From: a virus
Strand: one strand, 5' to 3'
Virus record (IMG/VR): IMGVR_UViG_3300025782_000011
Coordinates: 2,214-66,213 of that record
Length of the DNA stretch: 64,000 nucleotides
Below are positions 29,742-39,676 of this stretch, in pieces. The translations under genes and the position numbers were made by a program. Position 1 is the stretch's first letter. The number at the start of each line of letters is the position of its first letter. The notes beneath the pieces were generated by a model, which was given only the letters and a program-made list of their open reading frames with translations, ran no database searches and was not told the DNA's origin.

Positions 29742-31559
29742 GATGTAAATACAGGAGCTACTACTTTTGTAGATCCGTCATCTCCACTATCTGTTGCGTT
29801 TGATGAATGGCTTAAAGGTGATGCTCCTGCAGCTCGTATGATGCGAGGAGAATCCATAAGTGGTCAAGATATTGCTAATCAATTTGCTACATCCGCACAA
29901 CAAGGTATTAAAAACCCTTTAAATTTTCTTGGTATTATTAAAGACCCTGGCGGTATGATGGTTGGTGGTGAAAGAGAATTGACCAATCAGTTGCGTGGTA
30001 TTAAAAAAAGTCAGGAAACTTACAATAGACCTCCGTATCAAAATGCATTAGGTCATACTATTTTAGAAAATCCTCAAGCTGATCCTCATGCAATAGCAAT
30101 TAATGGTTGGATTGATACAAAACTTAAAAAATATTTACGTAATCAGTTAGGTTCAAAAGATGATCCTATCTTAAAAGCAATTGATGAGGGTGTTCCATAT
30201 AATCACGGAGAAGTTTCTCGAGATGCAAAAGATTACGCAGAACGAGAAAGAATGAAAGCTGGCAAACCATTAGAAGGTATTGCAAAAACTGAAGCAGGTA
30301 AAGCTTGGGAAGATAAAGTTGACTCTCAATTTAATATAGTTAAATCCCAAGAAATTAAAGATATTTTAAATAAAAATATGCCTGATTATAATCCAGGTTA
30401 TAAGGATGCTGCTGATAAATACAAAATGTCAATGTTGCGTATGACTCACGATCTTCCTATTAACAATAGTCAAGATTTAGAAGCATTATCATTAATTAAC
30501 CATATACCCGATGAAACAGTTCATAGCGTATACATGGATTTACCAAACAGATTAGGTCTCGACCATGTATCTGATGTTCTTTATGAAGACTTACAAAATG
30601 ATCGATTAAGACCTGAACAACTTAATCAGATGTCTATAGAAAAAGCTATTAGACGTACTGCAGAATATGATGCAGAAAAAGCCAAAATAGCTGAAAAAGC
30701 AGAAGCTGATAGAATTAAAGGATTACCTGTTCATAAAGATTATAATAATGGGTTTAAATGGATAGAATTAAAACATCCGACCAATGATGCTATTACCAAA
30801 GAGGCTTTAGAATCAGAAAGCAATCAAATGGGGCATTGTGTTGGCACCAATGATACATATTATAATGCGGTTATAAATGGGGATTCAAAAATTCTTTCAT
30901 TACGAGATGCTAATAATAAACCTCACGTAACTTTAGAACTTAATCGTAAACCTTTAACTTATTCAGATGTTGCTAATGTTATCGGTCAAAATCAAACATC
31001 AGCATTACTTGATCACGTACATGCTTCCGGTGGGACTACTAAAGATTTTGCTAATGTTGCAAGACAAATGTATCCTGAATTAGAAACTTACGATATTAAT
31101 CAAGTTAAGGGTAAAGAGAATACAAGACCTGTAGATAAATATCAACATTATATATCTGATTTTATAAAAAATCCAACAGTACCTGGCGGATATGGTGACG
31201 TACATGAATTATATAATACGGATTTAATTAGCGCTAATAAAGTAAAATCAAATGGAATATATGATTACGATCATGGAAATAAATTTTCAGATTTAGTGTT
31301 TAGTGATCCTTATTTTAAAAAAGCTGTAAAATTAGCTTATCCTGAACATGAAAAAACTTGGAAAAGCACAAACACAGTTCCAGAGATTAATGCTTGGGCT
31401 AAACAAGATTCAAGTAATAAAGAAGATATGATTAATAATATAGTATCTGAAATGCAAAATAAAAATATGAAATATTTTACAGTTAATGATTTAATTGATC
31501 ATATTAAAGAAAACCGTTTACCTAAACCATTATCGAAAGATTATAATTATGGCAACTAA
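29715..31559 (+). CDS. PcfJ-like domain protein, probably translated as a -1 frameshift extension
   Basis: ESNQMGHCVG...ILSLRD...PHVTLEL...INQVKGKEN is the PcfJ-like pattern. The frame is open for 41 codons upstream of ATG 29838 with no start codon. Confidence 0.6.
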   Translation, partial: VVPAFEGGGDVNTGATTFVDPSSPLSVAFDEWLKGDAPAARMMRGESISGQDIANQFATSAQQGIKNPLNFLGIIKDPGGMMVGGERELTNQLRGIKKSQETYNRPPYQNALGHTILENPQADPHAIAINGWIDTKLKKYLRNQLGSKDDPILKAIDEGVPYNHGEVSRDAKDYAERERMKAGKPLEGIAKTEAGKAWEDKVDSQFNIVKSQEIKDILNKNMPDYNPGYKDAADKYKMSMLRMTHDLPINNSQDLEALSLINHIPDETVHSVYMDLPNRLGLDHVSDVLYEDLQNDRLRPEQLNQMSIEKAIRRTAEYDAEKAKIAEKAEADRIKGLPVHKDYNNGFKWIELKHPTNDAITKEALESESNQMGHCVGTNDTYYNAVINGDSKILSLRDANNKPHVTLELNRKPLTYSDVANVIGQNQTSALLDHVHASGGTTKDFANVARQMYPELETYDINQVKGKENTRPVDKYQHYISDFIKNPTVPGGYGDVHELYNTDLISANKVKSNGIYDYDHGNKFSDLVFSDPYFKKAVKLAYPEHEKTWKSTNTVPEINAWAKQDSSNKEDMINNIVSEMQNKNMKYFTVNDLIDHIKENRLPKPLSKDYNYGN

Positions 31560-31950
31560 ACCTGGATTATATGCAAACATTCACGCAAAACAAAAACGCA
31601 TAGCCGCTGGTAGCGGTGAGCGTATGCGTAAACCTGGATCTAAAGGCGCACCTACTGCGCAAGCTTTTAAAGAATCAGCAAAGACTGCCAAGCCTATGAA
31701 AAAAGGTGGACCATCTTTAGCCGTAGGTCGTGGTGAAAAATTACCAGTATCTAAAGGTGCAGGACTCACTGCTAAAGGTCGTGCAAAATATAACAGAGAA
31801 ACAGGTAGTCATTTAAAAGCACCACAACCAGAGGGTGGCGCTCGTAAAAGATCTTTCTGTGCAAGAATGTCTGGCATGCCAGGACCCATGAAAGATGAGA
31901 ACGGCAAGCCTACAAGAAAAGCAGCATCGTTAAGACGCTGGAAGTGCTAA
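31549..31950 (+). CDS. basic phage protein, DUF6321-like C-terminus
   Basis: MATKPGLYANIHAK... joined through MKKGG to GLTAKGRAKYN...RSFCARMSG...RRWKC. Confidence 0.6.
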   Translation: MATKPGLYANIHAKQKRIAAGSGERMRKPGSKGAPTAQAFKESAKTAKPMKKGGPSLAVGRGEKLPVSKGAGLTAKGRAKYNRETGSHLKAPQPEGGARKRSFCARMSGMPGPMKDENGKPTRKAASLRRWKC

Positions 31951-31954
31951 CTTT

Positions 31955-32818
31955 ATGGATTTACCATCACTAGCTGAAATTCAAGCATATTTGCAAAATG
32001 CTAAAAACCAGTATATGCAAAGTGATGTTCCTGCTGCGCGCATGATGCGTGGTGAGCCAGCTAACTATGGTGAGGCATTAGGTAACGCCCTTCAAGCAAG
32101 TAGTCAAGACCCAATGGCTTTTGTTGGATCAATTTCAGATGCAACTCCAATGATTCGTAGTAGTCTTTCCGAATTATATAAATCTGTATTAGAACGTAGG
32201 GGAGAAGATGCTGCTAAACGCGTACAACAAGCTGCAGATTTAGTTCCGAATTTAGAAAAACAATATAGTAATGAAGCATTACAAGATGCTTTTAATAAAA
32301 CTAATGTTCTTGGAAAACAAAATGCATTTACTGTAATTAATCCAAAAGAATTTTTAGAATATAGTAGACCATTACCCAATGAACCATTTAAATCACCATA
32401 TTGGAATCATTATAGTGAAATGGAAAATAATGATGTATTACCAACAAATCAATATTTAGAACATTTAATAAATGTAGCAAATCAAAAAGGATTTAATGAA
32501 GTTCCTAATTTACAATTAGGATTTAATAAAATGGGTAATTTAAGAATAATGGGACACGAAGGCAGACATAGAACTGCAGCATTAGGTCAACGTGGTGATC
32601 CTAGTACATTAGTAGAAATAAAACCCCAATCAAATTTAGTTAATAAATACGAAAATCAAGAAAATCCTTGGGATTATAATTCAACTGATTTTATTAAACG
32701 TTTATATGCTGGCGAAGGATCTAATCCTAGAGTAATTCCAGAACGAGTTGATTTTCATGAATATGATTTGCCGTTGCCTAATTTATTTGCACACGGCGGT
32801 TTAGTTTATTTGCGGTAA
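31955..32818 (+). CDS. ParB/Srx-like domain protein, putative virion cargo
   Basis: IMGHEGRHRTAAL. N-terminal DVPAARMMRGE is shared with the frameshifted ORF, C-terminal FAHGGLV. Confidence 0.5.
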   Translation: MDLPSLAEIQAYLQNAKNQYMQSDVPAARMMRGEPANYGEALGNALQASSQDPMAFVGSISDATPMIRSSLSELYKSVLERRGEDAAKRVQQAADLVPNLEKQYSNEALQDAFNKTNVLGKQNAFTVINPKEFLEYSRPLPNEPFKSPYWNHYSEMENNDVLPTNQYLEHLINVANQKGFNEVPNLQLGFNKMGNLRIMGHEGRHRTAALGQRGDPSTLVEIKPQSNLVNKYENQENPWDYNSTDFIKRLYAGEGSNPRVIPERVDFHEYDLPLPNLFAHGGLVYLR

Positions 32819-34755
32819 CGCTTACTAACCCACCCTTCGGCAGCGAGAGGAAAATCGGGCGCCCATTGTGGCGGAGTGGTCATAATTTTAATGACCTCAT
32901 CTAATGCAGTATCTTGGTTTAACTCGTCAACTAATAATAGGACTTCGTCATGGATACTATTACACACATTGTAACCAGCATTCTCAAGGTTGAGCATAGC
33001 CATGGCAAGGAAATCCCTTGCGGTTCCTTGGACGGCACTTTGGAATATCGAACTCCCGATCAAAGTATTACGACTCCAACTACGGGTAAAAGTATTTTGA
33101 CTATGGACAGTTACAGCTAACTTCTTCTCACCCCACGGCGTCATTACTTCTTCTACCATCGGCTTCTGCCAACAAATCAATCTGCCACTCGGTAATTTCA
33201 TCCATAAAGCATTCTTATCACACTTCATTGTAATCTTATTATTTGGCGCAAATGGACTACCAGGATTTTGAGTAGCCTCAATCGCAGCATTTTCGCATGC
33301 ATACCATAACTCTCGTACTTTTGGATATGATGCCCGATAGTTAGATACTGCAATATTAGATTGATCTAGATTAAGTAATACTCCCATGCCTTTAGCATAG
33401 GCGACTAGGCCTTTAGCTCCTTGTCCAAACATGCAACCTAATACGGCTGATTTGGAGACTTGTCTTTGATCTTTGGTGACTTCTTCGTACGGGACTCTGA
33501 AGAGCGACTGCGACGCAAAGACTTTGTATTCGTCAAGTCCTTGTCGGAAGAGTTCAACTTTGTCTTTTTGATTGGCAATCCAAGAGGCCACTCTATTTTC
33601 GATTGACGAAAAATCGACGTCCACGAAGGTCTGACCATTTGGCGCGATAATAGCAGAACGTACCAGGCTGGATAATTCATCCATCGTACCAATACCTTGC
33701 CCAAAAACTTTAGGTATCGCAGATGCAATCTGTCGATCCTCCAAAGTAGGCCTTGCAATATTCTGAAGATTAAGTCCACCACGAGAAGCCCACCGACCAG
33801 TACTCGCACCGTGATATACCAAAGTATTTCTAATACGTCCATTATTCTGTATCTCCAACATTTTAGCGTACTTAGCCACGCTAGTTTGACTTCCTTCTTG
33901 TCTTAACTCTAATACTCTTTTAACTCCACTGTAAACATTAGACTGCAACATTTGATCTACAGTCTCCGCAGTTAAATCTTTTAATGGTGCGTGTGGTATT
34001 CTTAAATTAATCCAATTAAGTAATTTAGCTCGTTCAGATGGTTTACATCCAGTTAGTTCTAAACACTCTTCATCAATCTTGGTTTGTGCATTTTCTACAG
34101 CCTTAACTGCATTTTGCAACTCCATAGGATCGACGGGAACGCCCCTAACATTAATTCTTTGGGTCAACTCCCATATCTTTTGTTCAATTGGATCTAGACC
34201 CCTTAGCGTGCGTCCAAGAGCTATTTCTGTTTTAACGTCTTGTTTACAGTAATCAAACAGCATTTTTAGCAGTTCTGGGTCGTTATTAAACGCGCCTTTG
34301 TGTGGTTTACATAACTTTTGAATAAGTTTCTTGCCAATGGTATCTTTCTTATGTTCTGAATCCATAAACAAAGATGCATCTTCCAAACTTTGGGGAATAT
34401 TATTTGCGGCGGCGACAGCCATCGTATCGATGCACTGCTCAAGTTTTAGCGTAGGCCATCCGTATTTTGGAACGCAGACACAATTCCAAATGGCGTATTC
34501 AAACAAAGCATTCCATGCTGATATCTTGCCACCGTTGTTTACGTGGTCTAATAGTTTGGATAAGAAATGCCCGTAGTGTGGGTTATTAACTTGGTCAGTT
34601 ACTAACACATCGTTAGGTTCGGTGCCGAACGCAATACACAACACTTCTGTTGAGGGATCGTTGGCGTATACATCCAGCCCTCTATCTTTCAGATCAATCG
34701 CTGATCTAGTTTCAAAGTCAATACTAAAAATTTTTGCGTTTGTCGTCGTATTCAT
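32806..34755 (-). CDS. polA: DNA polymerase, family A
   Basis: Exonuclease DFETRS, motif A DFSSIENR, motif B RQVSKSAVLGCMFG, motif C IHDE. Confidence 0.93.
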   Translation of the reverse strand: MNTTTNAKIFSIDFETRSAIDLKDRGLDVYANDPSTEVLCIAFGTEPNDVLVTDQVNNPHYGHFLSKLLDHVNNGGKISAWNALFEYAIWNCVCVPKYGWPTLKLEQCIDTMAVAAANNIPQSLEDASLFMDSEHKKDTIGKKLIQKLCKPHKGAFNNDPELLKMLFDYCKQDVKTEIALGRTLRGLDPIEQKIWELTQRINVRGVPVDPMELQNAVKAVENAQTKIDEECLELTGCKPSERAKLLNWINLRIPHAPLKDLTAETVDQMLQSNVYSGVKRVLELRQEGSQTSVAKYAKMLEIQNNGRIRNTLVYHGASTGRWASRGGLNLQNIARPTLEDRQIASAIPKVFGQGIGTMDELSSLVRSAIIAPNGQTFVDVDFSSIENRVASWIANQKDKVELFRQGLDEYKVFASQSLFRVPYEEVTKDQRQVSKSAVLGCMFGQGAKGLVAYAKGMGVLLNLDQSNIAVSNYRASYPKVRELWYACENAAIEATQNPGSPFAPNNKITMKCDKNALWMKLPSGRLICWQKPMVEEVMTPWGEKKLAVTVHSQNTFTRSWSRNTLIGSSIFQSAVQGTARDFLAMAMLNLENAGYNVCNSIHDEVLLLVDELNQDTALDEVIKIMTTPPQWAPDFPLAAEGWVSKRYRK

Positions 34756-34978
34756 CGTTGGTGGTTACCGTATCTAAACTATCAGAATCATAGTGTATAC
34801 CATCATTACCATTTTGTCCAATAATATCGATACGTGTTGTTTTTTGGTTTAAGATTGCATCTCTGAATGCTGACATATCTTCCTTTTTACCGAAGATGCG
34901 TTCGAAACCCTCTTCAAACTTTTGTAAGTCTGTGGGTCTTTGTTTAGATCCTTTGCCAGCTTCTGAATGATTACTCAA
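34724..34978 (-). CDS. hypothetical protein
   Basis: GKGSKQRP...FEEGFERIFG small phage protein pattern. Confidence 0.5.
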   Translation of the reverse strand: MSNHSEAGKGSKQRPTDLQKFEEGFERIFGKKEDMSAFRDAILNQKTTRIDIIGQNGNDGIHYDSDSLDTVTTNDEYDDKRKNF

Positions 34979-35156
34979 TCGGTGTTCTCCTTGCTATTTC
35001 TTTAGCAATCTTAGCACGCTTTTTACCAGCTTCTTTAACTTTATCTAACATCTCATAAAGTTTTTTCATGCTTAATGCTTTAAGTTTATCTTTACCCGTT
35101 TTAGTTTTAAACGGATCACGATGTCTTTTACTTGGGTGTACTTTTTGTTCTGCCAT
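34971..35156 (-). CDS. small basic hypothetical protein
   Basis: RBS AAGGA, coupled to the next gene. Confidence 0.55.
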   Translation of the reverse strand: MAEQKVHPSKRHRDPFKTKTGKDKLKALSMKKLYEMLDKVKEAGKKRAKIAKEIARRTPIE

Positions 35157-35171
35157 GATTTTTCCTTAAAT

Positions 35172-35202
35172 AAAAAAGAGGAGCCCGTACAGCAGCCCCT
35201 CC
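35172..35202 (-). terminator. intrinsic terminator after RNR
   Basis: Minus strand GAGGGGCT...GGCTCCTC followed by a T tract. Confidence 0.6.
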
Positions 35203-35225
35203 TACTTCACCACCACGTGAAAGTT

Positions 35226-37100
35226 CTATATTTCACAAACACCGCTCACGCATGCAAGCATTTGTGCGCCTTCTACATTGTCAGTTATTTCTTGGAACTT
35301 AGTCCAATCAATGACAGGCATTTTTGCTTTTAGTTCTTTATATTCTGCTTCTGTGCACTCTTCATATGGTGCTTGTCTATATGTACCACCATCATATGGT
35401 AAATATGACACACCACTAATCTGATCAAAATGATCCCATGTCCATGCACCTACACTCGGCCAATCTTTTTCTTCAACCGATATTGTAACAGAAGGTTTGT
35501 GTTCACACCACTCTCTTTGATAAGTTAACCATAATTCTAAGTGGTTAATTGGAGTGACATCTGAACGTGTTAATCCATCTGGCGCTTTTTGAGGGAAGCT
35601 GAATACTGTCGTTTGCGTCGGTTTATATACGCAGTCTTCGCTAGGAACGCCTTGTTCCACAAGGAAGGTTGTAAGTGGATCTTTTTTGTCGCCACGTACT
35701 CTTCTGATATAGAATTTAGAATGTCTTGGATGGATTCCTGACGCAGAGTCAACAAGTTGAGAGACTGTTCCACTTGGCTTGACGCAGGTAATTGCTGCAC
35801 TGGTTGGGATGCCAAGTTTTTCTGCCCAGATTTTGTTCGTAGCTCTCGCCACATCTCTAAGTTCGTTAAGAATTCCATTTAGTTTATCTCCTTGGGTGGT
35901 CATTAAAGTATTATCAAATATACCAGTTAGTGATACACCAAGCAAGCGTTCTTCTTCAGTATTCTTTTGCCATACTTTTCTTAAGTACGGGAATTTTGTG
36001 AACGTTGACTGTATAGTACCCAAAATAGTCGCCAAGATAACTTTGCGTTCAAGTGATTTTTTGGTATCGTCGTGGCGTATAACAACTTCCGTGAGGTTAC
36101 AAAATTGATACGGACGAAGAATGATTTCGGAACACGGGTTTGTACCGAATTCGAAATTTGGATCTCGATGTCCGAATTTTGATACCGTTTTCTTAGCAGC
36201 CTCTCGATTGAAAATACCGCGCTCCCCCGAGTGACTGTTGTAGAGTGAGAGCCATTCCTCCATGAACTTACCAACTGTAGGCGTCTCGTTATATACGGCG
36301 GAATTATTCGCAAGCGCGCGATGCGGCGCTGTGTCCCACCAAGGTCCCGCTTTTGCATGTCTAATCCTTTCATCATCTAAGTCTGATAGTGAGATCATAG
36401 CAGATCGACGTACGCCACCTACTACAACTACTTCACCAATCTTACACATAATGTCGTGGCACTCTAATGAATTGAGTTTACGACCTTTGGCATGTTTGAA
36501 TGTTGCTACTACAAAATTAAATAAATCAATTAATGGATCTGGACCAGACGCCCTACCACCAAATGTTTTTAATCGAGCTCCTGCTGGGCGGATTTTTGAC
36601 ATGTCCCATTTTGGGATTTCACCTGCCCATAGATGAGCCAATAATAATCTTAATGCTTTTGCCCAACCTTCTTTTGAATCATGAACGGCGATGGTGTGCT
36701 CGGAATCAAATAAAGTGTCCGGCACTTCGGGCAGTTTGTTAATATTACTTGATTCGACAGAGAAACCAACTCCTGTTCCACATAACAAAATAAACATGGC
36801 CTCATCAAATGACTTAGGATCATCGACTGGAAGGTACGAACAATTATATACACAGGTGTTATCACGATCAGCGCTCTTTCCTGCCGTCATCATAGCACGC
36901 ATGGACGGCATTACTTCATGGTTGTAAATAGCAAATGTTATTTCTTTTCTTAATTCTTCATTGTCTTTAATCGCATCCGTGCGACTAAAAATATAATCTA
37001 CAAATCTTTTGGTTGTTTCTTCCCACGTTTCACGTCTATTCTTTTCATCGATAAAACGTGCGTATCGACTCGCGGCAATGTATTCTCTATATTGATCCAT
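35226..37100 (-). CDS. nrdJ: class II (B12-dependent) ribonucleotide reductase
   Basis: GTNPCSEI, TCVKPSGTVSQL, C-terminal CVSGVCEI, and no beta-subunit gene. Confidence 0.9.
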   Translation of the reverse strand: MDQYREYIAASRYARFIDEKNRRETWEETTKRFVDYIFSRTDAIKDNEELRKEITFAIYNHEVMPSMRAMMTAGKSADRDNTCVYNCSYLPVDDPKSFDEAMFILLCGTGVGFSVESSNINKLPEVPDTLFDSEHTIAVHDSKEGWAKALRLLLAHLWAGEIPKWDMSKIRPAGARLKTFGGRASGPDPLIDLFNFVVATFKHAKGRKLNSLECHDIMCKIGEVVVVGGVRRSAMISLSDLDDERIRHAKAGPWWDTAPHRALANNSAVYNETPTVGKFMEEWLSLYNSHSGERGIFNREAAKKTVSKFGHRDPNFEFGTNPCSEIILRPYQFCNLTEVVIRHDDTKKSLERKVILATILGTIQSTFTKFPYLRKVWQKNTEEERLLGVSLTGIFDNTLMTTQGDKLNGILNELRDVARATNKIWAEKLGIPTSAAITCVKPSGTVSQLVDSASGIHPRHSKFYIRRVRGDKKDPLTTFLVEQGVPSEDCVYKPTQTTVFSFPQKAPDGLTRSDVTPINHLELWLTYQREWCEHKPSVTISVEEKDWPSVGAWTWDHFDQISGVSYLPYDGGTYRQAPYEECTEAEYKELKAKMPVIDWTKFQEITDNVEGAQMLACVSGVCEI

Positions 37101-37515
37101 TTAGTATCTTTCCAATAATTATTGCAGCATGTTTTGCTGCATCTTTTTCTGTTATTTTAAAATCGTATTTGCTAGGTGGTGTAAATATTTTGTTAGTGTC
37201 TTCGTAACGTCCTTCCTTGATGGTGTCCATCCATACAGTTATTTGTGGCTCAAACAGTGCATACATAAGTTTTGTCGGACAAACAAAATCGCATATGACA
37301 TAATTTTCGTTGGATTGTTTTGCTAGGTAATACATTCTAGCGGATTGTCGTAATCGACCATTATCAGAAAAGTCCCAGTCATTGAAGTCTTCCCGAACTC
37401 GATCCGCATTAAACCATTTAACAGATTTGTTATGTTGTTTTAATTGCTTCATCAAAGCGCGGGCCATTGTTGTTTTGCCCGCGCCAGGAAGACCCATGAC
37501 TAAGATTTTTTGCAT
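37087..37515 (-). CDS. adenylylsulfate kinase-like P-loop protein
   Basis: GLPGAGKTT, NADRVR...DWDFSDNGRLRQ. Confidence 0.7.
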   Translation of the reverse strand: MQKILVMGLPGAGKTTMARALMKQLKQHNKSVKWFNADRVREDFNDWDFSDNGRLRQSARMYYLAKQSNENYVICDFVCPTKLMYALFEPQITVWMDTIKEGRYEDTNKIFTPPSKYDFKITEKDAAKHAAIIIGKILNGSI

Positions 37516-38033
37516 TAGACTGCGAAGTCAGCTGCAGCAGAAGTGCCACCGCCTAATTGATCTCCGTCTTCTAACTTTTGTACGTTATTTAAACCGCACG
37601 CAATACCTTTGTTACCTGATGCATTATATGGATACATGGTGACTGAAGCACGACCATAGCAACCACTATAGAACTCTGAAGGATCAATGATCGCATTCAT
37701 ATTAGCATCAACAACGCCTGGTTTTTGTGCTGAGTTTGCATTGATGAAATATGAGTTAGCATATGCTGGATCATCTTTCTCTGCATCACCATCACGTAAA
37801 CCGCCTTTTAAATTCTTTGGAACTGCACCGCCAAAGAATGCTGCGTTTGTATTTGCTGCATCTTCAAAAGCTTTTTGAAATTTAGCTACAGTTTCTGTAT
37901 CAGACTTTGGAATAATCAAAGATACTGAATACTTTGGTGTACCACCTTCAACTGCTGCACTTGGTTGAAACACGTGCGCATATGAAAAACGTACTTTACC
38001 TGTAACAATTTTAATTTTATTTGTTGCTGCCAT
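37515..38033 (-). CDS. ssDNA-binding protein, DUF2815 type
   Basis: VRFSYAHVF...KYSVSLIIPK...LRDGD...YSGCYGR...GIACGLNNVQKL. Confidence 0.88.
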   Translation of the reverse strand: MAATNKIKIVTGKVRFSYAHVFQPSAAVEGGTPKYSVSLIIPKSDTETVAKFQKAFEDAANTNAAFFGGAVPKNLKGGLRDGDAEKDDPAYANSYFINANSAQKPGVVDANMNAIIDPSEFYSGCYGRASVTMYPYNASGNKGIACGLNNVQKLEDGDQLGGGTSAAADFAV

Positions 38034-38193
38034 ACTATTTCTCCTTAACGTAAGAACTAAACTTCAATAGGGGTTAGTTCGTCTACCCTTTCTTTTACAG
38101 TATAGTTTATATTCTACACTGATAACTGCTATTATAAACATCAATAATAAACAAAGCAACGGTATTATTAAAAAACACCACATTATAATATTA

Positions 38194-38454
38194 TTAAGCG
38201 TCATACATTATCCCATTATTTTCCATTGCTTTTTTAATCGCAAGGGAGTTGACGAAATCCTTCATATATGTTAGGTCATCTAACATATCAGGATCCATCT
38301 GAACTAATAGCATAACCTCATAGACGCCATTACGCAACTCATTTATTGCCTCCCACTGACCGCTGTTTGGTAGTGAATCAAAGTCTTTTGTAAATTTGTT
38401 GACAAGGCTGTCGGGTACATCAATTAATCTACCAAAGCATTTATATTTCATCAC
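38194..38454 (-). CDS. hypothetical protein
   Basis: Coupled to the exonuclease gene. Confidence 0.55.
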   Translation of the reverse strand: MMKYKCFGRLIDVPDSLVNKFTKDFDSLPNSGQWEAINELRNGVYEVMLLVQMDPDMLDDLTYMKDFVNSLAIKKAMENNGIMYDA

Positions 38455-39584
38455 TTAAAGTCATCCGCCGCGTTGGCTGAGTCGCGGACTAATTTAGGCT
38501 GACCCTCAGGACGTTGTACTAATTCACCTAACCACGAAACAATCTGACCTTTCGGTGCTAGTTTTTCTAACGTAGCAATTGACTTTAATTTGACAGGCTC
38601 AAAAATGGCTGTTTGATCTAAACCTTTTTCTAAGAGTACTTTAGCAGCCAATGTTTGATCTGTGATCTTTCTGTGTGTCACTGAGGTAGATAATTTAAAT
38701 CCAACAGGTATTTTGTTTTCATGGACTGCACGATTCAATGCAAAATCTTCCACGTCATTTACCCAAGTCTTTAAGTCTTGTGCTTTGAGTAGTACATTGT
38801 TAAGTTCGTCTTCACTTAATAATGGAGGATCTCTGAAATCTTGGTTAGCAAGCTCTGTATTGTAATCAGAACGTGCTCGACATTGAACCTTAGCTTTACA
38901 CCATTGGCACCATTCACCTGGTACAAATTCACCAGCACCCACCCAGGCTTTTTTAGCTTTAGGGCGCACGAAATAAGAAGCCCAATCAACAAGCTTCATC
39001 ACTGTGGTGCTATCTGATGTAATGCTATCTAATCTTGGTTGATGGATTGTATACTTAACTTCTTTGACGTTTGGATAATCCTCTTTGAATTTATTCCAAG
39101 CACCTAATGCGTATAAGCGTAATTGTGGGTTGTCAATCGCAGAAACAGGAACGCCTCGACCAAACTTTAAATCGATAACATGAATTGACTGCTCAGATAA
39201 TATTACAACGTCGGCGGTACCGAAACCATCTGGAGCCCAATCGCTGTAGTCTACTTTTTGTTCAAATAGTGGCTTGTCGTTGTCACCAATTTGTGATCTG
39301 ACATATAGAACGTACTGATCTACGTACGCTTCAAATTCTTCATTGTAGTATTGAGATAGTTTAATGATCTCATACTCACGTTTATATTCTTCACTGTCTA
39401 TTTGATTGTAGTGATGTCTAAGTTTAATCTCAGCCAATGCATGAGCCATAGTGCCTTCTGCACTAAAATCAAATGCATTTAATCCTTTTGGGGGATCTGG
39501 TAGAGTGGCTTCGAGTTTAACTGAGGGAGTACAGGCTAACCAGCGTTTTGAACTGGATGCGGAGAGTAATGCATGAGCTGTCAT
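38451..39584 (-). CDS. Cas4-like PD-(D/E)xK exonuclease, DUF2800 type
   Basis: HALLSASSSKRWLAC, FGTAD, IDLKFG, QLRLYALG, WCQWCKAKVQC. Confidence 0.88.
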   Translation of the reverse strand: MTAHALLSASSSKRWLACTPSVKLEATLPDPPKGLNAFDFSAEGTMAHALAEIKLRHHYNQIDSEEYKREYEIIKLSQYYNEEFEAYVDQYVLYVRSQIGDNDKPLFEQKVDYSDWAPDGFGTADVVILSEQSIHVIDLKFGRGVPVSAIDNPQLRLYALGAWNKFKEDYPNVKEVKYTIHQPRLDSITSDSTTVMKLVDWASYFVRPKAKKAWVGAGEFVPGEWCQWCKAKVQCRARSDYNTELANQDFRDPPLLSEDELNNVLLKAQDLKTWVNDVEDFALNRAVHENKIPVGFKLSTSVTHRKITDQTLAAKVLLEKGLDQTAIFEPVKLKSIATLEKLAPKGQIVSWLGELVQRPEGQPKLVRDSANAADDFK

Positions 39585-39616
39585 ATGTATTCTTTCAATT
39601 CGTAAAAGTGTACATA

Positions 39617-39647
39617 TACTAATGCAAAAAAATAGGCCCTTTCGGGC
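39617..39647 (-). promoter_or_regulatory. phage promoter variant GCCCG-N16-TGCATTAGTA overlapping a terminator-like hairpin
   Basis: Minus strand TAGGCCC-GAAA-GGGCCTA-T7-GCATTAGTA upstream of the exonuclease operon. Confidence 0.65.
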
Positions 39648-39676
39648 CTAATTATTTTTATTTATTTTGGGCAAAA

